This document shows positions 10,090 to 19,000 of a stretch of 64,000 bases of DNA, one piece after another; the first letter of the stretch is position 1; each line of letters starts with the position of its first letter. The position numbers and the translations under genes are program-made. Below the pieces are notes generated by a model. That model did no database searches and had not been told where the DNA came from. It was given only the letters and a program-made list of their open reading frames with translations. The DNA comes from an uncultured Alphaproteobacteria bacterium (GTDB lineage: Bacteria; Pseudomonadota; Alphaproteobacteria; Acetobacterales; Acetobacteraceae), in contig CAWFYC010000033.1 of NCBI GenBank assembly GCA_963819855.1, positions 8,326-72,325 on the forward strand, in the 5' to 3' direction.

Positions 10090-11091
10090 GGCGGGCGGAC
10101 GAGTGCACCGCCGCTGCTCGAGGTTACGGACCTGCAGACGTTGTTCCGCGTCGACGACACGGTTGCGCGGGCGGTGGACGGCGTCAGCTTCACCGTTGGT
10201 GGTGGCGAGACGCTGGCGATCGTCGGCGAGTCCGGCAGCGGTAAGTCGGTGACCGCGCTGTCCATCATGCGGCTGGTGCAAACGCCGCCGGGCGAGATCG
10301 CCGGTGGACGTGTTCTGTTCCGTGGCCGGGACCTGTTGTCGCTGTCCGAGCCGGAGATGCGACATGTCCGCGGCAACGAGATCGGCATGATCTTCCAGGA
10401 GCCGATGAGCAGCCTCAATCCACTGCTGACCGTCGGCGAACAGATCGCCGAAGTGGTGCGTCTGCATCAGGGTCTGGCAAGAACAGCGGCGCGGCGTCAT
10501 GCGATGGATATGCTGGCGCGGGTGAACATTCCCAATCCGGAACTGCGCGCCGGCGAATACCCGCACCGGCTTTCCGGTGGCATGCGGCAGCGCGTGATGA
10601 TCGCGATGGCGCTGGCGTGTCGCCCCACACTGCTGATCGCTGATGAACCCACGACGGCGCTGGATGTCACGATCCAGGCGCAGATCCTGCATCTGATCCG
10701 CGCGCTGCAGGTCGAGATGCACATGAGCGTGCTGTTCATCACGCACAATCTCGGCGTGGTGGCGCAGATCGCCGACCGCGTGGCGGTGATGTATGCCGGA
10801 CGCATCGTCGAGCAGGGCGATGTGTCTACTGTGTTTGCATCACCCTTGCACCCCTACACGCGCGCTCTGCTGCGCAGCATCCCGCATGTGCAGGGCGGCG
10901 GCCGTGATCCGGCGCGCCGTCTGCTGTCGATTCCGGGACAGGTGCCAAGCCCCAATGCCTTGCCGCCCGGCTGCAGTTTCGCGCCACGCTGCCCGCTCGC
11001 CGATGACCTGTGTCGTGCCGAGATGCCGCCGATCGCCGAGGTACTGCCGAAACACGACGTGCGCTGCCATCACTGGGCGTCGCGCGCATGA
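10051..11091 (+). CDS. ABC transporter ATP-binding protein, DppD/OppD-like
   Basis: The product has Walker A GESGSGKS, signature LSGGMRQR, Walker [13 protein letters not shown] and the C-terminal oligopeptide-ABC extension. The only plausible start is the GTG at 10051, which lies inside the REP spacer, so the start is uncertain. Confidence 0.85.
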   Translation: MSGSLGSRVRGNDGGRTSAPPLLEVTDLQTLFRVDDTVARAVDGVSFTVGGGETLAIVGESGSGKSVTALSIMRLVQTPPGEIAGGRVLFRGRDLLSLSEPEMRHVRGNEIGMIFQEPMSSLNPLLTVGEQIAEVVRLHQGLARTAARRHAMDMLARVNIPNPELRAGEYPHRLSGGMRQRVMIAMALACRPTLLIADEPTTALDVTIQAQILHLIRALQVEMHMSVLFITHNLGVVAQIADRVAVMYAGRIVEQGDVSTVFASPLHPYTRALLRSIPHVQGGGRDPARRLLSIPGQVPSPNALPPGCSFAPRCPLADDLCRAEMPPIAEVLPKHDVRCHHWASRA

Positions 11092-12062
11092 ACCGGGCGC
11101 TGGTGGAGGCGACCGATGTCACCGTGAGCTTCCCCGCCGGCGGTGGAATGCTGCGCGGCGGCCGCATCGCGCTGCGTGCGGTGGACCGGCTGAACCTGTC
11201 GATCGCGGCCGGGGAGGTGGTGGGGCTGGTGGGCGAGTCAGGCAGCGGCAAAACCACCGCGGGGCGTGCCGTGCTGCGCCTGCTTGAGCCGTCGGCAGGG
11301 GTGATCCGCTTCGAGGGCGCCGACATCACGCATCTGGACAAGCCGGCGCTGCGCCCGCTGCGCCGGCGCATGCAGATGATCTTCCAGGATCCCTATTCCA
11401 GCCTGAACCCGCGCCTGAAGGTGCGCGACATCGTCGAGGAAGCCTTCGTCATCCACGGCATCGGCACCAGGCGCGATCGTCCGGAGCGGGTGGCCGAGCT
11501 GCTTGGCCGCGTCGGGCTGCCGGCGGACGCGATGGAGCGCTACCCGCACGAGTTCTCCGGAGGACAGCGTCAGCGGATTGGTATCGCGCGCGCATTGGCG
11601 GTCGAGCCGGTATTCGTGGTGGCCGATGAACCGGTGTCCGCGCTGGATGTGTCGGTGCAGGCGCAGGTGTTGAATTTGCTTCTGGATCTGCAGCGCTCGT
11701 TGGGCCTGGCGATGCTGTTCATCGCGCACGACCTGGCGGTGGTTCAGTATGTCAGTGACCGGGTGGTTGTGATGTATCTCGGCCGGATCATGGAGGTGGC
11801 GCCGGCCGAGACCATCTATCGCCGGCCGATGCATCCCTACACGGTGGCGCTGCTGGAAGCGGTGCCGGAACCGGATCCAGTGATGCGCCGGCCGTTGGCC
11901 GAGTTGCCGGGCGATATGCCGAGCCCGTTCGCGCCACCCTCCGGCTGCGTGTTTCGCACCCGATGCCGTTACGCGGTGGCCGCATGCGAACAGATCGAAC
12001 CGGCGCTGGTCGAGGTCGCGCCGGGACACAGCAAGGCGTGCATTCGCGATGATATTTTGTGA
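11088..12062 (+). CDS. ABC transporter ATP-binding protein, DppF/OppF-like
   Basis: The start overlaps the dppD-like stop (ATGA). The product has Walker A GESGSGKT, signature FSGGQRQR and Walker [13 protein letters not shown]. Confidence 0.9.
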   Translation: MNRALVEATDVTVSFPAGGGMLRGGRIALRAVDRLNLSIAAGEVVGLVGESGSGKTTAGRAVLRLLEPSAGVIRFEGADITHLDKPALRPLRRRMQMIFQDPYSSLNPRLKVRDIVEEAFVIHGIGTRRDRPERVAELLGRVGLPADAMERYPHEFSGGQRQRIGIARALAVEPVFVVADEPVSALDVSVQAQVLNLLLDLQRSLGLAMLFIAHDLAVVQYVSDRVVVMYLGRIMEVAPAETIYRRPMHPYTVALLEAVPEPDPVMRRPLAELPGDMPSPFAPPSGCVFRTRCRYAVAACEQIEPALVEVAPGHSKACIRDDIL

Positions 12063-12065
12063 GGC

Positions 12066-12083
12066 GCGGTCGATATCATACCA
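12066..12083 (+). repeat. Left copy of 18-nt direct repeat gcggtcgatatcaYacca
   Basis: It matches 16022-16039 at 17 of 18 positions and lies 4 nt after the dppF-like stop codon. Confidence 0.6.
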
Positions 12084-12384
12084 ACTGCCCGGTCCGATGA
12101 CTCGCTTCGAGTGGCAGGGGCCGGGTCTGGCGGTAGTTCCGCGGCAGTTCGCGACCCTGAACAGTACCTCCCGTCATCCAGCCGCACCGACGATACGTGA
12201 TTACTCGTCGACCGCGTACGCAACGTTTTCCCTACGAGAACGCAACAGAGCAAAGTGAAGTGGATGCCGTCTCCACCACTTTGAAGGAAGTGCTTGTCGT
12301 ATTGCTACGGACGTGAGATGGTTGTAAACTGCATCTCTCTGGCGGCCACTCAGATTTCTGTCGCGAAGTAGGAAGGGCAAACTT

Positions 12385-12993
12385 ATGCGGAAACCAATCC
12401 TCTCGGTTCTGGGAATATTAGGCACGATGTCGGTGGCCAGTGCCCAGACGATCACGGATCCCAATGAAATTGCCTCGCATCTTCACTTTTGGTCGCAGGA
12501 AGCCGGTGACCCGGTCTACTACGGGGAAGTCAAAAACGTAGACCCACGAAGCGGGCAAGTATTGGGGCATTACCAGTGTCTGGTCCTTGCATTTATCAAA
12601 TACGAGGGTGGGGTAATTTATTACGCTCACAAGATGTGGGGAAAATCGCCGGATGGGTCCTGCCACTATGACGACGTGACTTCACGTAAAGTCGGCAACC
12701 ATGGTGCTTGCGTAAAAGACACTGAAGCGGGGTTCGGCTTCGCAATCGGCACCGCGCGCATGACCAAGGACAATATTGATTACATGCACAGCATTTTCAG
12801 AACCGTTGATACCAATACCCGGCGTGTCGGCGAGACGGCTGCCTGCGTGCCGCCCAACGGGGTCGTTGCCGGTCTTTACTCCATGAAGATCGAAAATGGC
12901 CGCCTTAAGATCATCACCACTCGGCCTTTGGACTACGAAGTGAACATTGAGGTGCAAGACCCACAGCATCCCCCGACTGTTCCGGTCTTCTGA
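12385..12993 (+). CDS. Hypothetical secreted protein (Cys-containing), lower-G+C gene
   Basis: The product has a clear Sec signal (MRKPILSVLGILGTMSVASAQ) and a GGAAGGG Shine-Dalgarno sequence. Its composition is visibly less G+C-rich than the flanks. I recognise no family. Confidence 0.6.
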   Translation: MRKPILSVLGILGTMSVASAQTITDPNEIASHLHFWSQEAGDPVYYGEVKNVDPRSGQVLGHYQCLVLAFIKYEGGVIYYAHKMWGKSPDGSCHYDDVTSRKVGNHGACVKDTEAGFGFAIGTARMTKDNIDYMHSIFRTVDTNTRRVGETAACVPPNGVVAGLYSMKIENGRLKIITTRPLDYEVNIEVQDPQHPPTVPVF

Positions 12994-13001
12994 GTGTCTA
13001 C

Positions 13002-13037
13002 CCGCGAACCGGCTGGCTACGACCGCCGGGTTCGCGG
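13002..13037 (+). terminator. Candidate stem-loop 8 nt after the stop of the 12385-12993 gene
   Basis: ccgcgaaccgg (13002-13012) pairs with ccgggttcgcgg (13026-13037) with a one-base bulge. There is no T-tract, so it is not a canonical intrinsic terminator. Confidence 0.3.
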
Positions 13038-13145
13038 CCCATCCGGCGCTGCTCGAGCAATAACAAGACTACGTGATCATGAGGACTGTTGTGTATCGAC
13101 AACCGACGATACAAAGCAACGGTCCTTGATGGGAAGGTTGGAAAG

Positions 13146-14396
13146 ATGAGCTTTCTCGATACGCTCGACAGCATCACCGATCCGGCTGCCCGCACTGGGC
13201 TCTTTTTCGATGCGCTGCGTGCGGACTGGCGCTCCCTGTTTGCCGAACTGCGCGAGACACGGCCTATCCTCGATTTGCCGGTAATGTCGGTCGTCTCGCG
13301 TTGGGCGGACGTGGTGGACCTGTTATCCCGCAACGAGACCTTCCGCGTGACCTACGCCCCGCACATGGATCCGTCAGTAGGGCCGTTCATGCTGGCGCGG
13401 GACGGCGCGGTGCAGAACTGGCGGGACAAGGCGGCCATGCGCACGCTGTTGCGTTGGGACGACCTGCCGGCGATCCGGGCCACGGCGGCCAAGACGGCGT
13501 CCACCGCCCTGAGCGCCGCCACGCAAGGTGCCGGCGGCGTGTTCGACGTCGCCGCGACCGTCTCGCGGCTTGTCCCGCTGAAGATCGTGCAAGACTGCTT
13601 CGGCTTCCCCGGTCCGGACGACGCAACCATGCTCGCCTGGTCACGCGCGACACAGGCGGACATGTTCCACAATCTCATCAACGATCCCGCCGTGCTGCAG
13701 GCGGACATCGCGGCCGGGCAGGCGATGCAGGCCTGGGTGGCGAATTTCGTCGATGCGCGCCAGCCCTGGGCCGATGCGGTGGGTGAGGACACGGTCTCGC
13801 GGCTGCTGCGGCTGACCGGGCAGGGGCTCTCCGGACTCGACCGACAGGGTGTGATCAGCAACATCTGCGGCCTCCTGGTAGGCGCGATCGAGACGGCATC
13901 GCAGGCGATCGTGAACGCGACGGAGCAGATCCTGCTGAACCCGGCGCAAGCGGACCTTGCGACCCGGGCCGCACAGAAAGGCGATAACGCCGCGCTGGAT
14001 GCCATCGTTTGGGAGGCGCTGCGCTTCGCCCCGATGGCAACCTTCGTCCTGAGGGTGGCGGCGCAGCCGGCGGTGATTGCGCCGGGCTCCAGCTACCAGG
14101 TCACGGTGCCGGCAGGGCGGGTGGTGGCCGCAGCAATCGGCTCGGCCATGTTCGACCCGGCGGTGTTCCCGGCGCCCGACGATTTTCAAACCCGCCCGCG
14201 GAACCTCTACATGCACGTGGGATTTGGGGCGCATATCTGCCTGGGCCAGTACGTCGCCTACGAGATCATCCCGGAGGCGATTCGGCAGATTCTGCTGGTA
14301 CCCGGCGTGCACCTGCTGCCGCAGGGCGGGAGCGCCGTGGACAACGCAGGCGGGCCGTTTGCCGAGTCGTTCAAGCTCGGCTTTCGAGCATCCTGA
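13146..14396 (+). CDS. Cytochrome P450
   Basis: The product has the haem-thiolate loop FGFGAHICLGQ, an I-helix acid-alcohol pair (GAIETAS) and about 416 aa. The ATG at 13146 is preceded by GGAAGGTTGGAAAG. Confidence 0.9.
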   Translation: MSFLDTLDSITDPAARTGLFFDALRADWRSLFAELRETRPILDLPVMSVVSRWADVVDLLSRNETFRVTYAPHMDPSVGPFMLARDGAVQNWRDKAAMRTLLRWDDLPAIRATAAKTASTALSAATQGAGGVFDVAATVSRLVPLKIVQDCFGFPGPDDATMLAWSRATQADMFHNLINDPAVLQADIAAGQAMQAWVANFVDARQPWADAVGEDTVSRLLRLTGQGLSGLDRQGVISNICGLLVGAIETASQAIVNATEQILLNPAQADLATRAAQKGDNAALDAIVWEALRFAPMATFVLRVAAQPAVIAPGSSYQVTVPAGRVVAAAIGSAMFDPAVFPAPDDFQTRPRNLYMHVGFGAHICLGQYVAYEIIPEAIRQILLVPGVHLLPQGGSAVDNAGGPFAESFKLGFRAS

Positions 14397-15985
14397 TGCC
14401 GGCGTCGGGCCAACAGCGGGACACCAGCCGCGATGGCTTGCGCAACAAGGTCGAGGCGGCGCTGCTCTCCGGTTTCCAGCCATTGTGGGGGTTCGTCAAC
14501 AAGACGCCCTGGTTGGCCCGTATCGCCAACCGGCTGATCGTCAACAATGCCGTGCTGAAGGCGCCATTCCGGCCGTTGGCGCTGAGCACGCAGGCGTCCT
14601 ATACGAATTGGGCGACACTGACCGATAGGACCTGGTTCAGCCGCTATCTGCCGCCAGCGCCGCAGGACAAGCTGCCACCGGTGGCGGAGGTGGCCAGCCT
14701 GTTCAAGCTGCGCACGGACCGACCGCCGGTGCTCTCCGACCGCTCCACCCTGCTGTTCCCGAGTTTCGCGCAGTGGTTCACCGACGGCTTCCTGATGACC
14801 GACAACGACCGCCGGCGCACCCGCAGCAACCATCAGATCGACCTGTCCCAGCTCTACGGGCTGGACCCGACCGTCACGGCGGTGCTGCGGCGACGCGGCG
14901 AGCAGCCGGGCGACAAGGGCAAGCTCAAGTCCGTCACCTCGGGCAAGGGCGAGTGGGCGCCACCGCTCTACGATGCTGGTGGCGCGAGGGATCCGACATT
15001 CGCGCTCGTGCCGGAGCCGACGCACCTGCCTGGCGATTGGCCAATCGAAAAACGCGCGGCGCTGTTTGCGTTCGGAGGAGAGCGCGCCAATTCCACGGCA
15101 TTTACCGCGGCAATCAACACGCTGTTCCTGCGCGAGCACAACAGCCTGTGCACCATGCTCGAACGGGACCATCCCGGCTGGGACGACGAGCGCGTGTTCC
15201 AGACGGCGCGCAACATCAACATCGTGCTGCTGATCAAGTTGGTGGTCGAGGAATACATCAATCACATCTCGCCATACTGGATGAGGCTGCTGGCCGACCC
15301 GACGCCCGCTTACGCGGCAAGGTGGAATCGGGAGAACTGGATTCCGGTCGAGTTCAACCTGCTCTACCGCTGGCACAGTCTGGTGCCGACCAGCGCGGTG
15401 TGGGGCGGGGCGTCGGTCGACCTGGCTGGGTTGCGCTTCGACAATCGGATGCTTCTGGAAGATGGGCTGGTCGCGGCCCTTGCGGGAGCCAGCCAAACCC
15501 GCGCCTGGCGGATCGGACTGTTCAACACGGCGCCGATGCTGGACATGGTGGAGGTGGCGTCGATACAGCAGGGTCGGGACAACCGTCTAGCCTGCTACAA
15601 CGAGTACCGGGCGCAAATGAAGTATCCGAAGGTGACACGGTTTGAGCAGATCAACAGCGATCCGCTGGTGGTGAGCGAGCTTCGCCGGATCTACTCCGAC
15701 GTGGACCGGATCGAATATTTTGTCGGGCTATTTGCCGAGGAGTTGCCGCCACGCTCGGCTCTGCCGCCGCTGATTGGTCGGATGGTAGCTGCGGACGCGT
15801 TCTCCCACGCGTTGACCAACCCGCTGCTTTCCCCGCACGTTTATCATGCCGGGACGTTCACGACTGCCGGTATGGAAGTGATCGAAAGAACTGCCTCGCT
15901 CGCCGACCTTTTGGCACGCAACGACATTGTCCCCGCTGGAACGCGCGTTTCGATGGAGGCCGACGGCTATCGATCGGTGGCGTAG
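14396..15985 (+). CDS. Animal-haem-peroxidase superfamily protein, fatty-acid dioxygenase (COX / linoleate diol synthase / Ppo)-like
   Basis: EFNLLYRWHSLVP matches the catalytic-Tyr / proximal-His motif of cyclooxygenases (LYHWH) and fungal LDS/Ppo (YRWH). A distal-His candidate lies in RSNHQIDLSQLYG, and RGRDNRLACYNEYR is peroxidase-typical. The ATG shares one nucleotide with the P450 stop (TGATG). Confidence 0.8.
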   Translation: MPASGQQRDTSRDGLRNKVEAALLSGFQPLWGFVNKTPWLARIANRLIVNNAVLKAPFRPLALSTQASYTNWATLTDRTWFSRYLPPAPQDKLPPVAEVASLFKLRTDRPPVLSDRSTLLFPSFAQWFTDGFLMTDNDRRRTRSNHQIDLSQLYGLDPTVTAVLRRRGEQPGDKGKLKSVTSGKGEWAPPLYDAGGARDPTFALVPEPTHLPGDWPIEKRAALFAFGGERANSTAFTAAINTLFLREHNSLCTMLERDHPGWDDERVFQTARNINIVLLIKLVVEEYINHISPYWMRLLADPTPAYAARWNRENWIPVEFNLLYRWHSLVPTSAVWGGASVDLAGLRFDNRMLLEDGLVAALAGASQTRAWRIGLFNTAPMLDMVEVASIQQGRDNRLACYNEYRAQMKYPKVTRFEQINSDPLVVSELRRIYSDVDRIEYFVGLFAEELPPRSALPPLIGRMVAADAFSHALTNPLLSPHVYHAGTFTTAGMEVIERTASLADLLARNDIVPAGTRVSMEADGYRSVA

Positions 15986-16021
15986 GCGACGCGTCCTGTG
16001 GTTGAACGGCCATCAGTCTGG

Positions 16022-16039
16022 GCGGTCGATATCACACCA
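16022..16039 (+). repeat. Right copy of 18-nt direct repeat gcggtcgatatcaYacca
   Basis: It matches 12066-12083 at 17 of 18 positions and overlaps the last codons and stop of the minus-strand DUF4157 gene. Confidence 0.6.
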
Positions 16040-19000
16040 GCGTCTCGAACGCGCCCTTCATCAGCGCTATGGGATCGAGGTGCGGCCGCTTCACATCGAT
16101 CTTCTCGACATTCAGGTCCAGCCCGCCCTTCTCCGACCACTGCAGCGGGATCGCGGCACTAAGCTGCATATCGGGGCCAAACTCGCCAAGTTTTTTCTCC
16201 CACGGGCCAAATTCATGATCGATGTCGAACAGGCCCAGATCGACCCCGACCGTGAACGAGGCGTTGACGCCAAGCTCGAACTTCGGTTGCGCACTGACCT
16301 TGGCGCAGCCGCCGACCGCGAAGCCATCGGCATTGTTCCAGCTCACCGCGACATCGAGCCTGGCCTCGGCCGCGATGCCCAGAGTGCCGTCCAGCCCGAC
16401 GCGTCCCTTGGCGTAGGCGACTGCGACCTGCGCCTTCAGCCCACCGCCCAGATCGAGGGTGAAACCGGCAAACGCCGGCACATGGAACTGCGCGGTGCCG
16501 ACAACCGTTGCCTCTTCCGGCCGATCGAGATCGATCGTCGCGTGCACCTTGGTGTTGCGCAGCATGCCCTTGCCGACACAGGCGTTGAACGAGACATCGG
16601 CATCGGCGAAAGCGAAGATGCCGACGCCAACCGGGCCGACCTTGACACCCCAGATCGGAAAATCAGGCGTCGCGAGATGCAGCAGCGACTTGTGGTAGGC
16701 GAGCTGCGGAAACAGCTCGAAGTCCGGCGGCAGTGCAACCTCGCCATCGAGAATGACGCGGCCGTCCGGTGTGTACTTGATGCCGGCAGTGCCTTGCAGG
16801 ATCTTGCCGAACCGGACGGTGGCCTGACCATCGCCCCAGATCTTCAGCGGACCGACCGGGCCACCCTCGATCGGATTGCCGGCTTCGTCCACGGCACGAT
16901 TGGTCGCGGTGACCTGTAGCCAGCCGCTGGCCGGTCCCTTCCGCACATCGGCTCGGCCCTTGAACAACACGCCCACGCCATCGACCATAATCTCGAGCGT
17001 GCCGCCCGCACCGGCGACGCCAAGCGTCGCCTTGCCGCCGCCGCTGATGCTCCAGACACCGGTCTCGGGGTTGCGCACCGCACGTACCGTCGCTGTGGCG
17101 CCCGACACGCCAGGCAGCTTGTCCACCGGCAGCGGCAGGTCCTTGCCCTCGAGCAACAGTCCGGTCTGCGGCGTATAGCCGGCCGTGATTGTGCCGCCCG
17201 CCAGCAGGCCGCCCAGTTGCAGCGATCCTGTCAGTCCGAAGCTGTCCCGGCTGACGGTGACCGAGACACTGCCGGATTCGACACCAGGCAGTGCGTTCTT
17301 CTTCACGTGGAATTCGCCGGAGCCGGTGAACGTATCGGTCGCAAGATCGTAGTTCACCTTGATCTGCGTCTGGTCGAGGAAGGCGAAATCGAGGTCGAAC
17401 ACGCCGCCGAGTGTGACGTTATCGTTCTCGCCGCGCGCGACGACGGTGCCTTTGCCCACCTTGTCGACGGCGATGTCGGCACTGCCCTGGACGAAGAAGC
17501 CGCTGGCGCCGACGCCGAGGTCGATGGCAGCCGCGGTGACGTGCAACGGGCCGAAGTTCAGTTTTTCGACGGGCAAGGGGAAGCGGAGCATGATATCGGT
17601 GCCCTGCAGCACGATCGGGATGCGCAGGCCCGGCAACAGCGCCTTCGACGACAGGACGTCGCCGGCGCCTTGCAACTCGCCATCCGGCGTGATTTCGATC
17701 CTGGAGAAGCTGATCGGACTCGCCGGACCGAAATCGCTCTCCTTGAACATGCCGGTGATGCTCTCGCGCGTCACGAAGCCGCCAAAGAACAGGTTCGGCG
17801 CGTGCATGACCGTGACAACATCATCAGCCTTGATCAGGTCCGTCTTCTTCGTTCCCGGGAACTTCTTCTTCTTGTATTCGACGTGCAGCTTGGTGATGAC
17901 GTTGTTCTGCTTGTCCGGTTTCGGTGGGTTGAACTCCTCGATCTTGAGGATATCGATGCCGCGGAAGAGATACCCGGGATTGACCAGCGACTTGCCGTCT
18001 GGCGTCAGCCTGAACCGCGTCGGTCTGCCGCCCTCCGGTGTCGGGAAGATGTTGATGTGGGTCGGTCTCGTGTGGCCGGTCTCGTCGAACTTGAAGCCCT
18101 GTTGGAACAGCTCCGGCTCGCTGAGCGCACGGTAGTACTTAAGATGCTTTCCGGTGCCGACATCAGCCCTGGTCCAGTAATCCTTCGGCCGGCCGCTGAA
18201 CGGGCCTTCGGCTACCGTGCCGAATTCGACCAGCCAATTTTCGCGGACCTCCGACACGCCGGCGGGCAGCCTGCCGTCGAGTTCGATCCCTTGATCCTTC
18301 TGAACCTTCTTCTCAGCCTGAGCCTTGGTCAGCACACTCTCAATCTGCTTGCCCCACTGATGCTCGATCTGTGTGCCGATCGATCGATTGTAGCTACGAT
18401 CGAGCAGCCACATGTTGTCGATCGTATTGCTCCCGCCGAGTTGGTCCTCCAGAACATGGTCGGCGTCCACTTCCATCTCGGCGCCGTTCTTTGCCACCAT
18501 CGGGCGTACGACACTGTCATTGCTGGCCAGTTGCGTCACATTGCCGACGATGAGGAATTCCGAACTGGTCGCCTTGAGATCGCCCGTGGTGCCTGCGCGG
18601 CGCATTACGTAGACGCTGTCAGACCCGGTGGTCGTCAGACTGGCGGCATTTTTTTGTCCGCCGATCTCGGCCTTGAGCAGCGGGGCAAGACCGGCGGAGT
18701 AGGTCTTGCGCACGTAGTCAACCCAGACGTCCCGTGCAGCCTCGAGGCCACGTTCCTTGCGCGAAGGCTGTGGCAGGCGCTGGTAAGGCTTGCCTTCCTC
18801 CGGCAGCGCGCCATGTGCCGCGGCAGCCGGTGCATCTGTTCCACCGGTGCCCTTGAGTGTCTTGCCGATGCGCGGCAGCAGTAGTTCAGGGACCTTGATG
18901 CGACCGCCCGCGCCCTTTGTCTGCGTCGTCAGATCGACTTCCCATTCCGGCTTGGCGCGTCCATCGGTCAACTGCTTGGTCTTTGCCGTCGGAGCGGCGG

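Noticed and set aside
10051-10095. REP-encoded peptides ([23 protein letters not shown]) seen in several overlapping track ORFs as evidence for small genes
   Set aside because: These peptides are the characteristic six-frame translations of the palindromic element itself and recur wherever the element occurs. They are not independent coding evidence.
12063-12384. 320-nt non-coding stretch after the dppF-like gene checked for tRNA or small RNA genes
   Set aside because: I could find no tRNA-like acceptor or T-arm (GGTTCGAATCC-type) pattern and no convincing stem-loop series. I left it unannotated.
17217-18884. Plus-strand ORF of 555 aa (with others at 15927-16919 and 19149-19943) inside the DUF4157 gene
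   Set aside because: It is antisense to a gene with strong domain evidence and translational coupling. Its translation is Arg/Asp/Leu/Gly-rich without motifs.
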